64,000 bases of DNA from an uncultured Actinomycetota bacterium (lineage in GTDB: Bacteria > Actinomycetota > Actinomycetes > JAHEKZ01), in the NCBI GenBank assembly GCA_963829525.1, contig CAWHIJ010000003.1, positions 2,400,001 to 2,464,000 of the forward strand, written 5' to 3'. A program made the position numbers and the translations under genes. Shown in pieces: positions 10,084 to 20,017 of this stretch. The notes beneath the pieces are model-generated. The model had not been told where the DNA came from and ran no database searches. It worked only from the letters and a program-made list of their open reading frames with translations. Position 1 is the stretch's first letter, and each line of letters begins with the position of its first letter.

Positions 10084-10896
10084 TTAGCGCGAGCGAACGG
10101 GAACGAAGCTCTGGGCAACGAGAAGAGCTGCATCGGCGCCTTCGGCGGCGAGAACGGCCGCCACGTGGTCCTCAACCGCTGACAACATCATTTCCGGGTC
10201 ACCCCGGTGCACCAGGCCACGCTTCTTTGCGATGACGGCAATCACCGTCGCGCGATGGATCGTCGCCCGGCGAGTTGACAGCTCACCCTCGTCAGCATCG
10301 GGGAACGCGTGCACAACCCCGTCACCGGCCGCGAGCTCGAGAAGTGCCGACCCAGCTCGGCGGCCGACTCGACCAGACTCAAGATGCCCAGACTCAAGAT
10401 GCCCAGACTCAAGGTGCCCAGCCGAAAGATGTGGGGCACCGAGGTTGAGCGCCCACACCGTCGCGTCCCCCACAGGGTGGACTACCTGAGAAGCGAACCG
10501 AGCGGCCTGCTCCCACCTGCCCGATTGCCAGCACGCCGCGACGCAGGTCTCGACCAGGTCGGCGATGCGTTCGTCAGATGCCCGCCACTCGAGCCATTCA
10601 CCGAGGCCGGCACGGCGAGCGGCCTCCGCCAGGTGCAGATCACTGGCCGCGGCCGTCGCCTCCCGGCTTACGCAGGCAGGGCATTGGGGCTCGGCCCACA
10701 CGTGGACCGCGAGGATGACGTCGAGCACCGAGTCGCCGAGGAACTCCATCCGCTGAAACTGCCGACCACGCCCGTCTCGCACGGCGTGCAGTGCCTCCTC
10801 ACTCGAAAGAGGCCCCAACACGGCTTCGATCTGGCCGCGTTCGGCGGCGGTCACCACGGCTCGAAGCCTCGGCGGCGGAGTATCCGGCAACGTCAC
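10084..10896 (-). CDS. RNase III-family protein with two tandem RNase III domains (second degenerate) and no dsRBD
   Basis: Domain 1: QRMEFLGDSVL..IADLVETCVAA. Domain 2: AGSALLEL..HAFPDADEGELSTRRA..AKKRGL..SAVEDHVAA. Confidence 0.78.
   Translation of the reverse strand: MTLPDTPPPRLRAVVTAAERGQIEAVLGPLSSEEALHAVRDGRGRQFQRMEFLGDSVLDVILAVHVWAEPQCPACVSREATAAASDLHLAEAARRAGLGEWLEWRASDERIADLVETCVAACWQSGRWEQAARFASQVVHPVGDATVWALNLGAPHLSAGHLESGHLESGHLESGRVGRRAGSALLELAAGDGVVHAFPDADEGELSTRRATIHRATVIAVIAKKRGLVHRGDPEMMLSAVEDHVAAVLAAEGADAALLVAQSFVPVRSR
10373..10417. repeat. 3 x 15-bp tandem repeat encoding (GHLES)3
   Basis: CCAGACTCAAGATGC twice, then CCAGACTCAAGGTGC. Confidence 0.95.
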
Positions 10897-13878
10897 GCAG
10901 AGACCACCAGCCGGCTGGAACCATCCCGGTTCGGCACCACAGTGATGCGCTCAGCAATACGCTCTTTGAGCTCAGGGACATGGCTGACGATGCCGACGAC
11001 GCGCCCACTGGTTCCAAGACCAGAAAGCACCGAAAGCACGTTGTCCAAGGTGTCCGGGTCCAGCGAACCGAAGCCCTCGTCGACGAACAGCGTCCCGAGG
11101 TCGACGCCACCAGCCTCCGCCGTCACGACGTCTGCCAGCCCGAGGGCCATCGCAAGTGAGCAGTAGAAGGTCTCGCCTCCCGAGAGCGTCCCCGGATCGC
11201 GTAGCTGGTCGGTGTGGGTGTCGCGCACGCGCAGCCCGAGACCGCTCCGCTTGTTGCCCTCACGGTCTTCGACGTGCTCAAGGGTGTAGCGACCATCACT
11301 CATGGTGGCAAGCCGATCGTTTGCCGACGCCACGACGTCGGCGAATCGTTCACGCAGCACGAATGTCGGCAGGCTCATCGACCGCACGTTGTCTGGCGGT
11401 AGACCCGCTCACCAGATCGGCCATTCGAATCACCGGCGCCGTCGATCGCTCAATCTCGGCGTGGGCGGTCAGCGCCGCATCGACCTCAGCGGCGCGCAGG
11501 ACGCTGTCATCAAGGCGCTGCCGAAGCTGGGCGAGCTGATCGTGCACGGCCTGTTGAGCAGCCTCGGAGTGAGCAACCACTGCGTCGGCAGCCCGCACGT
11601 CGATCACCTCATTGACGTCGACGTCGACAAGATCTGGGGCTGAAAGCTCGGCGCCAAGCTGAGCTCGTCGTCGGTCGGTCGCGTCGAGACTTTCGACAAG
11701 GGCAGACCTCTCACTCTCCTCAAGTCGAGCCGCTATCACCTCGTCGCGAGTGTCGAAGGGAGCGTCCGCCAGCTCAGTGGCCCACTCCGATGCCCGTATG
11801 TCGCAGTCGGCCTTCGCCGACTCTGCCGTCTGGGATGCCTCGGCCGCTGCGGCGAAGGAGTCGGCCTCCGCGTGGAGCGCCGCGATTCGCTCGGCAATAG
11901 ATCCGTGTCCCTCCAGTGCTGCAGCGACTCGCTGCTCGTCAGACTCCACCGCTTCCTTTGCAGCCTGAACCTCGGTCTGCAGCCGAGCTGACGCACCAGC
12001 AAGCTCAACACTGGCGGTGCGGTGCCGGGCGATGTCCTGCTCACGAGCGGCGATGTCAGCCTCGATCCGCTCGGCGTCCTGGGTGGCGATCTCCAGGTCA
12101 GCCACGGCAAGGTCGGCATTGACCAGCGCCAGCTGCGCCTCAGCAACTGAGACGCCATCAGCCCGGCCACGCAACTCTGCGAGCTCAGCTGCGACCTTGT
12201 TCGCCTCAGCCGAAGTCGCCTCGAGCGCGGCGGTCGCCTCGGCCAATCGCTCGGCGGCTGCGTCGACGTCCGACCGGGTCACATCGCCCGGCTTGCGCGC
12301 TGCTGGACGGGGGTGTTGGCGCGATCCACACACCGGACAAGGTTCGTCGGCGACCAGCCCAGATGCGATGTATCCCGCCATCCCGTCAAGGAAACGGCGA
12401 CGGATGTCGGTCTCTTCGGCCAGGCACTGCTGGGCAAGCTGGTGGGCTGCCTCTCGTGCTGCACCGGTCTCGGCTGCACGACCTTGCGAGGCGTCCAGCT
12501 CGGCGGTAGCCGCCAGCACCGCTGCCGCTGCCCGACGTGCGTCCGGCGCCCCAGTCCGCTCGCCACGTAGTGTCAACGCCGCCGCAAGTTGCTGCCGGAG
12601 GTCGGTGAGGACGGCGGGCGCCAGGACAAGTACCTCGTCGGCCTCCCTGCGCCGTCGCTCGACTTCGTCCTGCTCCGCTACCAGGACGGTCAGCCTCTGA
12701 ACACGCCCCGACAGCGTCAGCTCAAGCTCACGCAGCGCGGCAAGCTCGGCAGCGCGGTCCCGGAGGGAGCGTTCGCGTTGGTGCCATGTCTCTGCAGCCG
12801 ATTGCGGTTCAGCCAGGGCGGAGCGTCGTTCTGCCAGCACCGCAGCTGCTACATCGCGACGTTGCTCTGCCGCGGCTAATCCGTCGAGGAGTGGGACCAG
12901 CCGGGTCGCATCGTCAGCTCGAATCAGCCGAGCGCGGTCGGCGTCTCGCTGGTCAGCGAGGGAATCATGGGCGGCTAGTTCACCGCGCAGTGCAACCACA
13001 CGCCGTCGGGCTCGTTCGCGGGCCAGGCAGTCCGTCGCTCGCTTCCGTGCTTCCTCGACGATGCTCGTTGCCGAGGCGGCGGTAGCAGCAACTGTCTCAA
13101 CCTCGCGTCCCAGCTGATCAATCTGTTCGGCGGTTGCCCCGCCCAGCCCTCCTGCGGGCTTCTCGACAAGTGCAGCTTCGGCTTCCTCGTCGAGCCCGGC
13201 AGCTCCGCAGTAGGCACGAATGGCGCCAGCCACTGCAACGGCTGCGGCCACCTTGGACTGCCGCGCTGCCCTTCGTTGATCGACGAGCCGTTCAAGAACG
13301 GTGTCGTAGATCTCCGTTCCAAAGAGCCGCTGCAACAGCTCGCGCCGCACCTCAGGGGCTGACCGCAAGAACGTGGCGAACTCGCCTTGCGGGAGAACCA
13401 CGGTCTGGACGAACTGCTCCTGCGTCAGCCCCACGATCCTTGTCACCTCGCCGCCCACCTCGTCCAGCCTGGTGGATATGGGCTCACCGAGATCGGTGGA
13501 CGCGGCGCCCGGTGATGCGAGGAGCCAAAGCTTGGCCGACGCATTTTCTGTCGTCGTTCCGTCGCCGCGTCGTTTGGCGCGCTCGTGCTTAGGGGTGCGA
13601 CGGATGCGGTACATGCCATGGGCTGTGCTGAAGTCCAGCTCGACGAACGGCGTGACGTCTGGCCCTGCGACGTCGGAGTGCATGCGGTCAGCACTGGAGG
13701 TGCGCCCAGCCACGTCACCATAGAGCGCGAAGACGATTGCATCGATCAGCGTGGACTTACCGGCACCGGTCGGGCCTTCGAGCAGGAACAGACCCGAGGC
13801 GGCCAGCCGCTCGACGTCGACTTCGCAGGTCTGGGCGAACGGCCCGATCGCACAGAGGGTGAGGCGGTGCAGCTGCAT
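10893..13878 (-). CDS. sbcC: SbcC (Rad50-like SMC ATPase), frameshift near 11394
   Basis: Walker A GPTGAGKST, Q-loop VVLPQGEFA, zinc hook CPVCGS, signature LSGGETF, Walker B LFVDEGFGSLD, H-loop VSHV. Confidence 0.92.
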
Positions 13879-15071
13879 CAGGCGCTCCGGCCCTCGGCAA
13901 GTGCCCACTCATAGGCACTGGTGAACGTGACGAGCTCGGCCGATGAGATGTCACCACCGGTGACGTAGCGGACAAAGGCTTCGGCCACCTCCGCCGGCTG
14001 AGCCGGGACTTGTGACGATCGATCCTTCTGTTCGACAAGCGGACCGCACGCCGGAACGTGCCGGATCACCAGTGCCTCGGAGAACCTGTCTCGAACTTTG
14101 GCGACCATTTCAGATGGACGCGCCGCGTCAGTCACCGACACCTGCACCCAGGCGTGGGTGACGCTAATGAACTCATCCGAGGTGAGCAGCTCATCGAGAG
14201 TGCCGCCGATAGACGCCATATCTCGTGGTTGCTGCACAACCACCGACTCAGTGCCGCCAAAACCGTTGGGGCCTAGGTCGACCACCAGAAGCTGTTTTTG
14301 CTGGTTGACCTCGCTGAACGAGTAGCGCACCGGGGAGCCGGAGTACCGGACGTTCTCGCGTCCCACGCGCTGTGCCCCGTGCAAGTGTCCAAGTGCTACA
14401 TAGTCGAAGCCGCTGAAGACCTCACTAGGGACGCTGTCGACACCACCGACTCTGATGTCGCGCTCGCTGTCGCTGCGCTCGCTGTCGCCTTCGGTGCCCC
14501 GCACCTCTGCCGCCACGACGAACGCATGGGCCATGACCACCGCTCGCGACGCCGGCTCGGTAGCGCGACGAGCAGCGAGGTCGCCCCTGACTCGGTTCAT
14601 GGCCGCCGTCATGACGGCCTCGTGCGACCGCTCCAGCGGTTGGCCGCCATCGCTGAGCGCATGTCGAGCGACATCGGGGTCGAGAAAGGGAATCGGGTAG
14701 ACCAACACCGGACCAGCGGCATCGTGCAGCTGAATGGGAGTGCCAACAGCGCTCAACTCGGTGACGATATGGACGCCGTCGCGGAACAGGTCGGAGCCGA
14801 CACCCAAGCGCGTGGCTGAGTCATGGTTGCCAGGGATGACGATCACCGGAACGAGGGCGGAGAGCTCTTTGAGCGCATCCGACCAGAGGCGCACAGATCT
14901 CACGGGCGGCACCGCACGGTCATAGACGTCTCCAGCGATGAGCACCACATCCACCGAATAGCGCCTCACGCTGTCGACAACCTGATCGACTACGTGCTGC
15001 TGTGCCTCGTGCAGATCAACGCCGTGCAGTCCACGGCCCAGATGCCAGTCAGACGTGTGCAGCAGGCGCAT
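13878..15071 (-). CDS. sbcD: SbcD (Mre11-like nuclease)
   Basis: HTSDWHLG, AGDVYD, GNHDS, AHAF, LGHLH, YSGSP motifs. Confidence 0.95.
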   Translation of the reverse strand: MRLLHTSDWHLGRGLHGVDLHEAQQHVVDQVVDSVRRYSVDVVLIAGDVYDRAVPPVRSVRLWSDALKELSALVPVIVIPGNHDSATRLGVGSDLFRDGVHIVTELSAVGTPIQLHDAAGPVLVYPIPFLDPDVARHALSDGGQPLERSHEAVMTAAMNRVRGDLAARRATEPASRAVVMAHAFVVAAEVRGTEGDSERSDSERDIRVGGVDSVPSEVFSGFDYVALGHLHGAQRVGRENVRYSGSPVRYSFSEVNQQKQLLVVDLGPNGFGGTESVVVQQPRDMASIGGTLDELLTSDEFISVTHAWVQVSVTDAARPSEMVAKVRDRFSEALVIRHVPACGPLVEQKDRSSQVPAQPAEVAEAFVRYVTGGDISSAELVTFTSAYEWALAEGRSA

Positions 15072-15077
15072 GCGCTG

Positions 15078-15099
15078 ACGCTACCGACCGGCGCCGACA
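15078..15099 (-). promoter_or_regulatory. PafBC-type (RecA-NDp) DNA-damage promoter; leaderless sbcD transcript
   Basis: Minus strand reads TGTCGG-N10-TAGCGT-N6-ATG, matching TGTCGG-N10-TANNNT. Confidence 0.75.
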
Positions 15100-15144
15100 G
15101 AACGCGGGAGGCAGGCGTGGGATCTTTGGTGCGGAGCGGATCGA

Positions 15145-15750
15145 TCAGTAGATCTGTGAACCTGAACCCAAAGCAGCCGAGACGCCTGGTGCAGCATTCA
15201 GTGGGGCAGCGACGACAACGTTGCCGTGACGGACCCAACCGATCGCCGAGTTCGTCTGCGGGTCTTTGAGGAGTGCCGCGACCCACTTCTCAGCCTCGGC
15301 GGGCGACTCGAAGAGTCTGACCGCCATCGTGGCGTTGCAGGTGGCAACGTCCCCTGACACCGCCGCCCCGTTGCACACGATCCCGCCGTCCTCGAGGGCG
15401 GAAATCACCATTGTCGGATCGGACACGCTCGCCGGTAGGCCACTTTCACCGGATCCACTAAGTGCCCCAGCGGCCCATACCGCGCCGGCTGCAACTGCCA
15501 GTGCCAGGACCGCGCCGGTAACGATCTTGCCCTTGCCGCTTCCCCGGGGGGCTTCGGTGGTCTCCGCTTCCGCCGAGTCGTCGACGGGCTCCTGGGGAAC
15601 CTGGTCGAGCTCAGGATCGAGGACGGGCTCAACCACTCCGTCTGGGAGGACCGCGTCTTCGGCAGCCGAATCGGCGATCAGGGCGTCCTCAGCGAGCACT
15701 GTGCCCTCGGCCGCCTCGTCGACGGACTCGGACTTCTTGCGTGCGGACAC
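15145..15750 (-). CDS. Hypothetical membrane-anchored protein (acidic N-terminus, one TM helix, small C-terminal domain with 2 Cys)
   Basis: GGAGG RBS before GTG 15750; hydrophobic IVTGAVLALAVAAGAVWAAG. Confidence 0.7.
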   Translation of the reverse strand: MSARKKSESVDEAAEGTVLAEDALIADSAAEDAVLPDGVVEPVLDPELDQVPQEPVDDSAEAETTEAPRGSGKGKIVTGAVLALAVAAGAVWAAGALSGSGESGLPASVSDPTMVISALEDGGIVCNGAAVSGDVATCNATMAVRLFESPAEAEKWVAALLKDPQTNSAIGWVRHGNVVVAAPLNAAPGVSAALGSGSQIY

Positions 15751-15812
15751 GTAACCTCCCAGGTAGTCCCTGCGCTGGAATCGGCTCGCGGACGGTTGAG
15801 CCTTCGCCCTCG

Positions 15813-15828
15813 TCACCCGTTCGGCCCA
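15813..15828. promoter_or_regulatory. BldM-WhiI-like box TCACCCGTTCGGCCCA
   Basis: Matches TCACCCGnnCGGnnCA; near-copy at 19967-19982. Confidence 0.45.
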
Positions 15829-15875
15829 GTCCCAGAAGGGGACAGTTCAGTCACAGAGGTGGCCCACCTGGTCGG

Positions 15876-15903
15876 TCAACCTGCTGCCTCCAACAGCCGA
15901 AAC
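15876..15903 (+). promoter_or_regulatory. Sigma-28/WhiG/FliA-like promoter
   Basis: TCAA-N16-GCCGAAAC. Confidence 0.5.
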
Positions 15904-15947
15904 ACCAAGTGGGAAGCATGGGGATTCACGTGGGGAAGGGGCCGAGC

Positions 15948-16220
15948 ATGTCGGCAGCAGCAGACCGGATTGACATTTTGGACGAGGCAGGGCGATCGAT
16001 TGGCTGGGTCGACCCTCGCTCTGGCGCCCGCAACCTCAGCGACCCCGATCACGCCAAGGAGTTCGCCGAGATGGTCGACTTCTGGTTGACGACTGCTGGT
16101 GTCGACGGACCCGACGACGGCACCAGAGCGCCGACCGACCGATGGTCAGTCGCTGAGGTGCGTTTCCCCGACCCCCCAGTAATCCGGAGCCTGCTCATAC
16201 CGTTGCGCCCCCTCAGCTGA
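15948..16220 (+). CDS. Small hypothetical protein (~90 aa)
   Basis: ORF fills the gap before the ligase gene; purine-rich RBS; lies downstream of the sigma-28-like promoter. Confidence 0.5.
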   Translation: MSAAADRIDILDEAGRSIGWVDPRSGARNLSDPDHAKEFAEMVDFWLTTAGVDGPDDGTRAPTDRWSVAEVRFPDPPVIRSLLIPLRPLS

Positions 16221-16242
16221 CTCCTTTCGGCAAGATAGAGGC

Positions 16243-18222
16243 GTGACCGACACCCCTCTCTGGATTCCCACCCCGGATCAGACGCGACGCACGCAGGTCC
16301 ACGCTTTTCGCTGCGAGGTCGCAGACTCGTACGGAATCGACCTGCCAGACACCGCTGCCCTGCACTCCTGGTCGACCACGTCCGTCGGCGACTTCTGGGA
16401 CGCGGTCTTCAGCCGCTGGATCCTCGGTGACCGCGGCGCGGAACCAGCGCGAGTCGGCGACGACATGGAGGGAACCCACTTCTTCCCCGACGCGGCCGTC
16501 AGCTATGCAGAGAACCTGCTCGCAGGTGCCGACCGATCCGGGGCCGGCCCGGGTGCCACCGCCGTTACCTTCATTCGCGAGGACGACGTCCGCCGCACGC
16601 TCTCGTGGACCGAGCTCACCGACCACGCCTACGCCTTCGCCGCCTTCCTGCGGGCCAATGGCGTCGGCCCAGGTGACCGCGTCGCTGCATGGCTGCCAAA
16701 CACACCCGAGGTCCTCGTCGCCATGCTTGGCACGTCTCTTGTGGGTGGGGTGTTCACGTCGACATCCCCCGACTTTGGCGTTGCCGGAGTCCTCGATCGG
16801 TTCGGCCAAGTCGAACCCAAGGTGTTGGTCGGAACCGACGGCTACGTCTACGCGGGCAAGCACCAGCCGCGGCTCGAAAGACTGACCGACGTCGCCGCTG
16901 GTCTGCCCACCGTCGTGGTCACCGTCGTGGTCGGTGAGCTCGAGGCGAGCCCTGACTTGGCCACGCTGCCTTCTGCCGTGTTGTGGTCGGACGCGCTTAG
17001 CACCGGAAGAGAGCTCCCTCGGCCCGAACCGGTGCGGCTGCCGTTCTCTGCTCCCGGATTCATCCTCTACAGCTCGGGGACGACCGGAGCGCCCAAATGC
17101 ATAGTGCACAGCGGCGCTGGCCTCGCGCTCAAGCATGCAGTCGAACAACGCCTGCAGAGCGACATCGGATCAGGAGACGTGGTCTTCTACTTCACCACCT
17201 GCGGATGGATGATGTGGAACTGGCTCGTCTCTGCGCTTTCCTGCGGTGCGTCACTGGTGCTCTACGACGGCTCACCGTTCCACCCCGCCCCTGACCGGCT
17301 CTGGGACCTCGTCGACGAGTTTGGCATCACGTTTTTCGGTACCTCGGCCAAGTACATCGATGCCTCACGGAAGGCGGGAGTGACTCCGCGTGAGACGCAC
17401 GGCCTGGAGAGCATGCGGACCATCGCGTCCACCGGTTCTCCCTTGGTGGCCGAAGGCTTCGAGTACGTCTACAAGTCGATCAAGGCTGACGTGCACCTGG
17501 CGTCCATCTCGGGCGGCACAGACATCTGCGGCTGTTTTGTAGCGGGCGACCCCACCCTGCCGGTCTACCGTGGTGAGATCCAGGGGCCTGTGCTCGGTAT
17601 GGCAGTTGACGTCTTCGACGAGAACGGCGAGTCCCTCCGCGACTCTCCCGGATCTCACGGTGAGCTGGTTTGCACCCAGCCTTTCCCCTCGATGCCGGTC
17701 GGATTCTGGAACGACCCGGCCGGAGAGCGCTACCACAATGCCTACTTCAGCCGGTTTCCTGGGATCTGGGCGCACGGCGATTTCGCCTCTTGGACGTCAC
17801 ACGACGGACTGGTGATTCACGGCCGCTCAGATGCGACACTCAACGCCGGTGGCGTTCGCATCGGGACGGCCGAGATCTACCGACAGGTCGAGCGGCTCCC
17901 CGAGGTGCTGGAGGCATTGGCCGTTGGCCAGGAGTGGGATGACGACACGCGCATCGTGCTCTTCGTGCGGCTGGCCGATGGCGCGACGCTCGATGCCCAA
18001 CTGGTCGGGAACATCAAGCGGACCCTTCGGGAGAACTGCTCGCCGCGACACGTCCCGGCCAAGATCGTCGCCGTCCACGACCTCCCAAGGACGCGCAGCA
18101 ACAAGCTGGCTGAGCTGGCGGTCGCCGACGTAGTTCATGGTCGGGAAGTTCGCAACAAAGAAGCGCTGGCGAACCCAGAGTCGCTGGAATACTTCCGAGA
18201 CGTCCCCGACCTGGCCACCTGA
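16243..18222 (+). CDS. Acetoacetate-CoA ligase
   Basis: ILYSSGTTGAPKCIVH, FTTCGWMMWNW, SISGGTDI, GRSDATLN..GVRIGTAEIY, ALANPESL. Confidence 0.93.
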   Translation: MTDTPLWIPTPDQTRRTQVHAFRCEVADSYGIDLPDTAALHSWSTTSVGDFWDAVFSRWILGDRGAEPARVGDDMEGTHFFPDAAVSYAENLLAGADRSGAGPGATAVTFIREDDVRRTLSWTELTDHAYAFAAFLRANGVGPGDRVAAWLPNTPEVLVAMLGTSLVGGVFTSTSPDFGVAGVLDRFGQVEPKVLVGTDGYVYAGKHQPRLERLTDVAAGLPTVVVTVVVGELEASPDLATLPSAVLWSDALSTGRELPRPEPVRLPFSAPGFILYSSGTTGAPKCIVHSGAGLALKHAVEQRLQSDIGSGDVVFYFTTCGWMMWNWLVSALSCGASLVLYDGSPFHPAPDRLWDLVDEFGITFFGTSAKYIDASRKAGVTPRETHGLESMRTIASTGSPLVAEGFEYVYKSIKADVHLASISGGTDICGCFVAGDPTLPVYRGEIQGPVLGMAVDVFDENGESLRDSPGSHGELVCTQPFPSMPVGFWNDPAGERYHNAYFSRFPGIWAHGDFASWTSHDGLVIHGRSDATLNAGGVRIGTAEIYRQVERLPEVLEALAVGQEWDDDTRIVLFVRLADGATLDAQLVGNIKRTLRENCSPRHVPAKIVAVHDLPRTRSNKLAELAVADVVHGREVRNKEALANPESLEYFRDVPDLAT

Positions 18223-18232
18223 ACGCCGCGGG

Positions 18233-19706
18233 CTACTGCATGGCCGGACGGTTCATCCAGGTCTGGTGCATGCGTCGACTGCGGCGCCGCGCTGTTCGTC
18301 GGTGTCGGTGTCGGTGTCGGTTCACTCTCAACTCGGTGTCTCGGGTTATTCGCGGAGTGGTGGTCGGGTCGGTGGCAGTGGGTATCTGGTCGGGGTCGGT
18401 GTAGTGCCAGGGCTGGGTGTGAAACTTCCGGCCGGTGGGGGTGGTCCAGGTCATGATCGCCGGTGGGGTCGAGTTCGGCGTTCCATCCGGGGGTGTGTTT
18501 GAGGCGGTGGTGCCGCCGGCACAGGACAGCAAGGTTGGCAGCTGCGGTGGGGCCTTGCGGCCAGGGCACGGTGTGGTCGAGGTCGGTGCCGGCGCTGTCG
18601 GCGGAGCGGCGGCAGCCGGGGAACCGGCAGGTCACATCCCGGGCGCGGACGGCCCGGTCCAGCCCTGCTGACGGCCGGTAACGCTTCTCGGCTAGGTCGG
18701 TCAGGATCCCGGTGGTCGGGTCGGTCAGCAACCGCCGCGACCGTGACATGGGTTCCCATCTCAGAGCCGGTGCCGGACCCAGTGCCAGAACCCGGTGCCA
18801 TCACGTCCGGTGAGCTCGTCGACTTCGGTGGCGGTGACCGGTCCCAGTCCGGGAACCCAGCCGGGTTGGTCGCTGTCTCCGGTGATCGTGTCGGCGGGCA
18901 CGATCACCTGCAGGTTCACCGCCGGTGGCTGGGTGCGTCCGAGGAGCAGGTCGACCAGGGTGTCGGCGCGGCGTTGGTCCATGGTCCGGGCATCACCGGT
19001 GTCGCTGCCGCCTAGTTGCTGCGCGCAGCTGGTCAGGGTTTGTCTGGATCTGCCGGGCCTGCACCCCCGGCAGCAGCGCCCACAGCTCGCTCATGCCGTC
19101 CTCGCCGGGGGTGATGACCACCCGGCGGTCGGCTACAGCGCGTTGCCGGCGTTCCTCGGCCGCCCCGGGGTCCGCGGCGATCACCTTCCGGCGCAGCCAC
19201 TGCCGCAGCTGCGGCGCGGTCCGGGACCTGCCGGGCTCGGTGGCGTACCCGACCGCGTCAGTGGCCACGGACTGCGCGGTGGCTCGGTCCAAGACCGCGA
19301 CCTGCTCGGCGATCACCGCGACCTTGCGGGCATCGACCCGGCCGGCCCGCCACGCCGCAGCGACCACCGGCAGGTCGGCGACCCGGCACGCGGTGTCATA
19401 CCGGGCCACAGCGGCCATCTTCGTCCACCCCAGCAGCACCCCGATCTCATCGGGAACATACGTTTCGCGGCACTGCTGCGACCACATCGGCTCACCACCG
19501 GCGACCACTTCAGCCTGGTCAGCGGCCCGCGCCCGGACCCCCATCTGCACCATGATCTGCGCTTGGCGAGCGGCCAACATCTGCGCTGCCTGCTCACACG
19601 CCACCAGCTCGTCGCGAAGCGCATCATCACCGAGCCGCGCGACCGGTATCGCAGCATCAAGCAGGCCATCAACCTGCTCGACGATGCTGACCGTGGACGA
19701 GTTCAT
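18233..19706 (-). mobile_element. DUF222 + HNH endonuclease (REP13E12-like) gene with several frameshifts
   Basis: AGRVDARKV, RRADTLVDL, YRPSAGLDRAVRARDVTCRFPGC, DLDHTVPW, NLAVLCRRHHRLKH, WTTPTGRKF spread over four ORF pieces. Confidence 0.85.
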
Positions 19707-19713
19707 GCACGAC

Positions 19714-19736
19714 ACTCTGCCAGCCACCACCGACAA
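19714..19736 (-). promoter_or_regulatory. PafBC-type promoter of the DUF222-HNH gene (imperfect -10)
   Basis: TTGTCGGTG-N8-CAGAGT, 7 nt before ATG 19706. Confidence 0.55.
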
Positions 19737-19982
19737 GACGGCGCGAGTTTCCCCAGGCACAGCCTGCCGAAACTCCATCGACCACACGTCGCACTCGACA
19801 TCCCAAATCCGGCACCCAAAGGGACACTCGACGAGCAGCGACGTCAACCGGCTGTGCACTCGACGAGCAGTGGTCGGGGGTCAGGCTTGACGGTGCATGA
19901 GGCCGACATGTTGATCGGCCATGCGGGGGAATCGCATTCGCAGCCGGGTGACACGTTGCTTGCGTCACACCCGTTCGGTGCA

Positions 19983-20010
19983 GCAAGCGCGTCAACGCAT
20001 TCACCGAACC
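19983..20010 (+). promoter_or_regulatory. Degenerate sigma-28-like promoter, preceded by a BldM-WhiI-like box (19967-19982)
   Basis: GCAA-N16-ACCGAACC followed by GTG at 20018, the same layout as at 25268. Confidence 0.4.
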
Positions 20011-20017
20011 ACTAGAT

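Noticed and set aside
10084-10896. Housekeeping rnc gene
   Set aside because: Lacks the dsRBD and the usual rpmF-rnc-mutM context.
11350-11400. Programmed frameshift in sbcC
   Set aside because: No slippery heptamer or clear stimulatory structure; one of many similar indels.
15779-15800. Minus-strand sigma-28 promoter (CTCA..GCCGAT) for the 15750 gene
   Set aside because: Spacer is only 11 bp, versus 17 bp measured the same way at the other sites.
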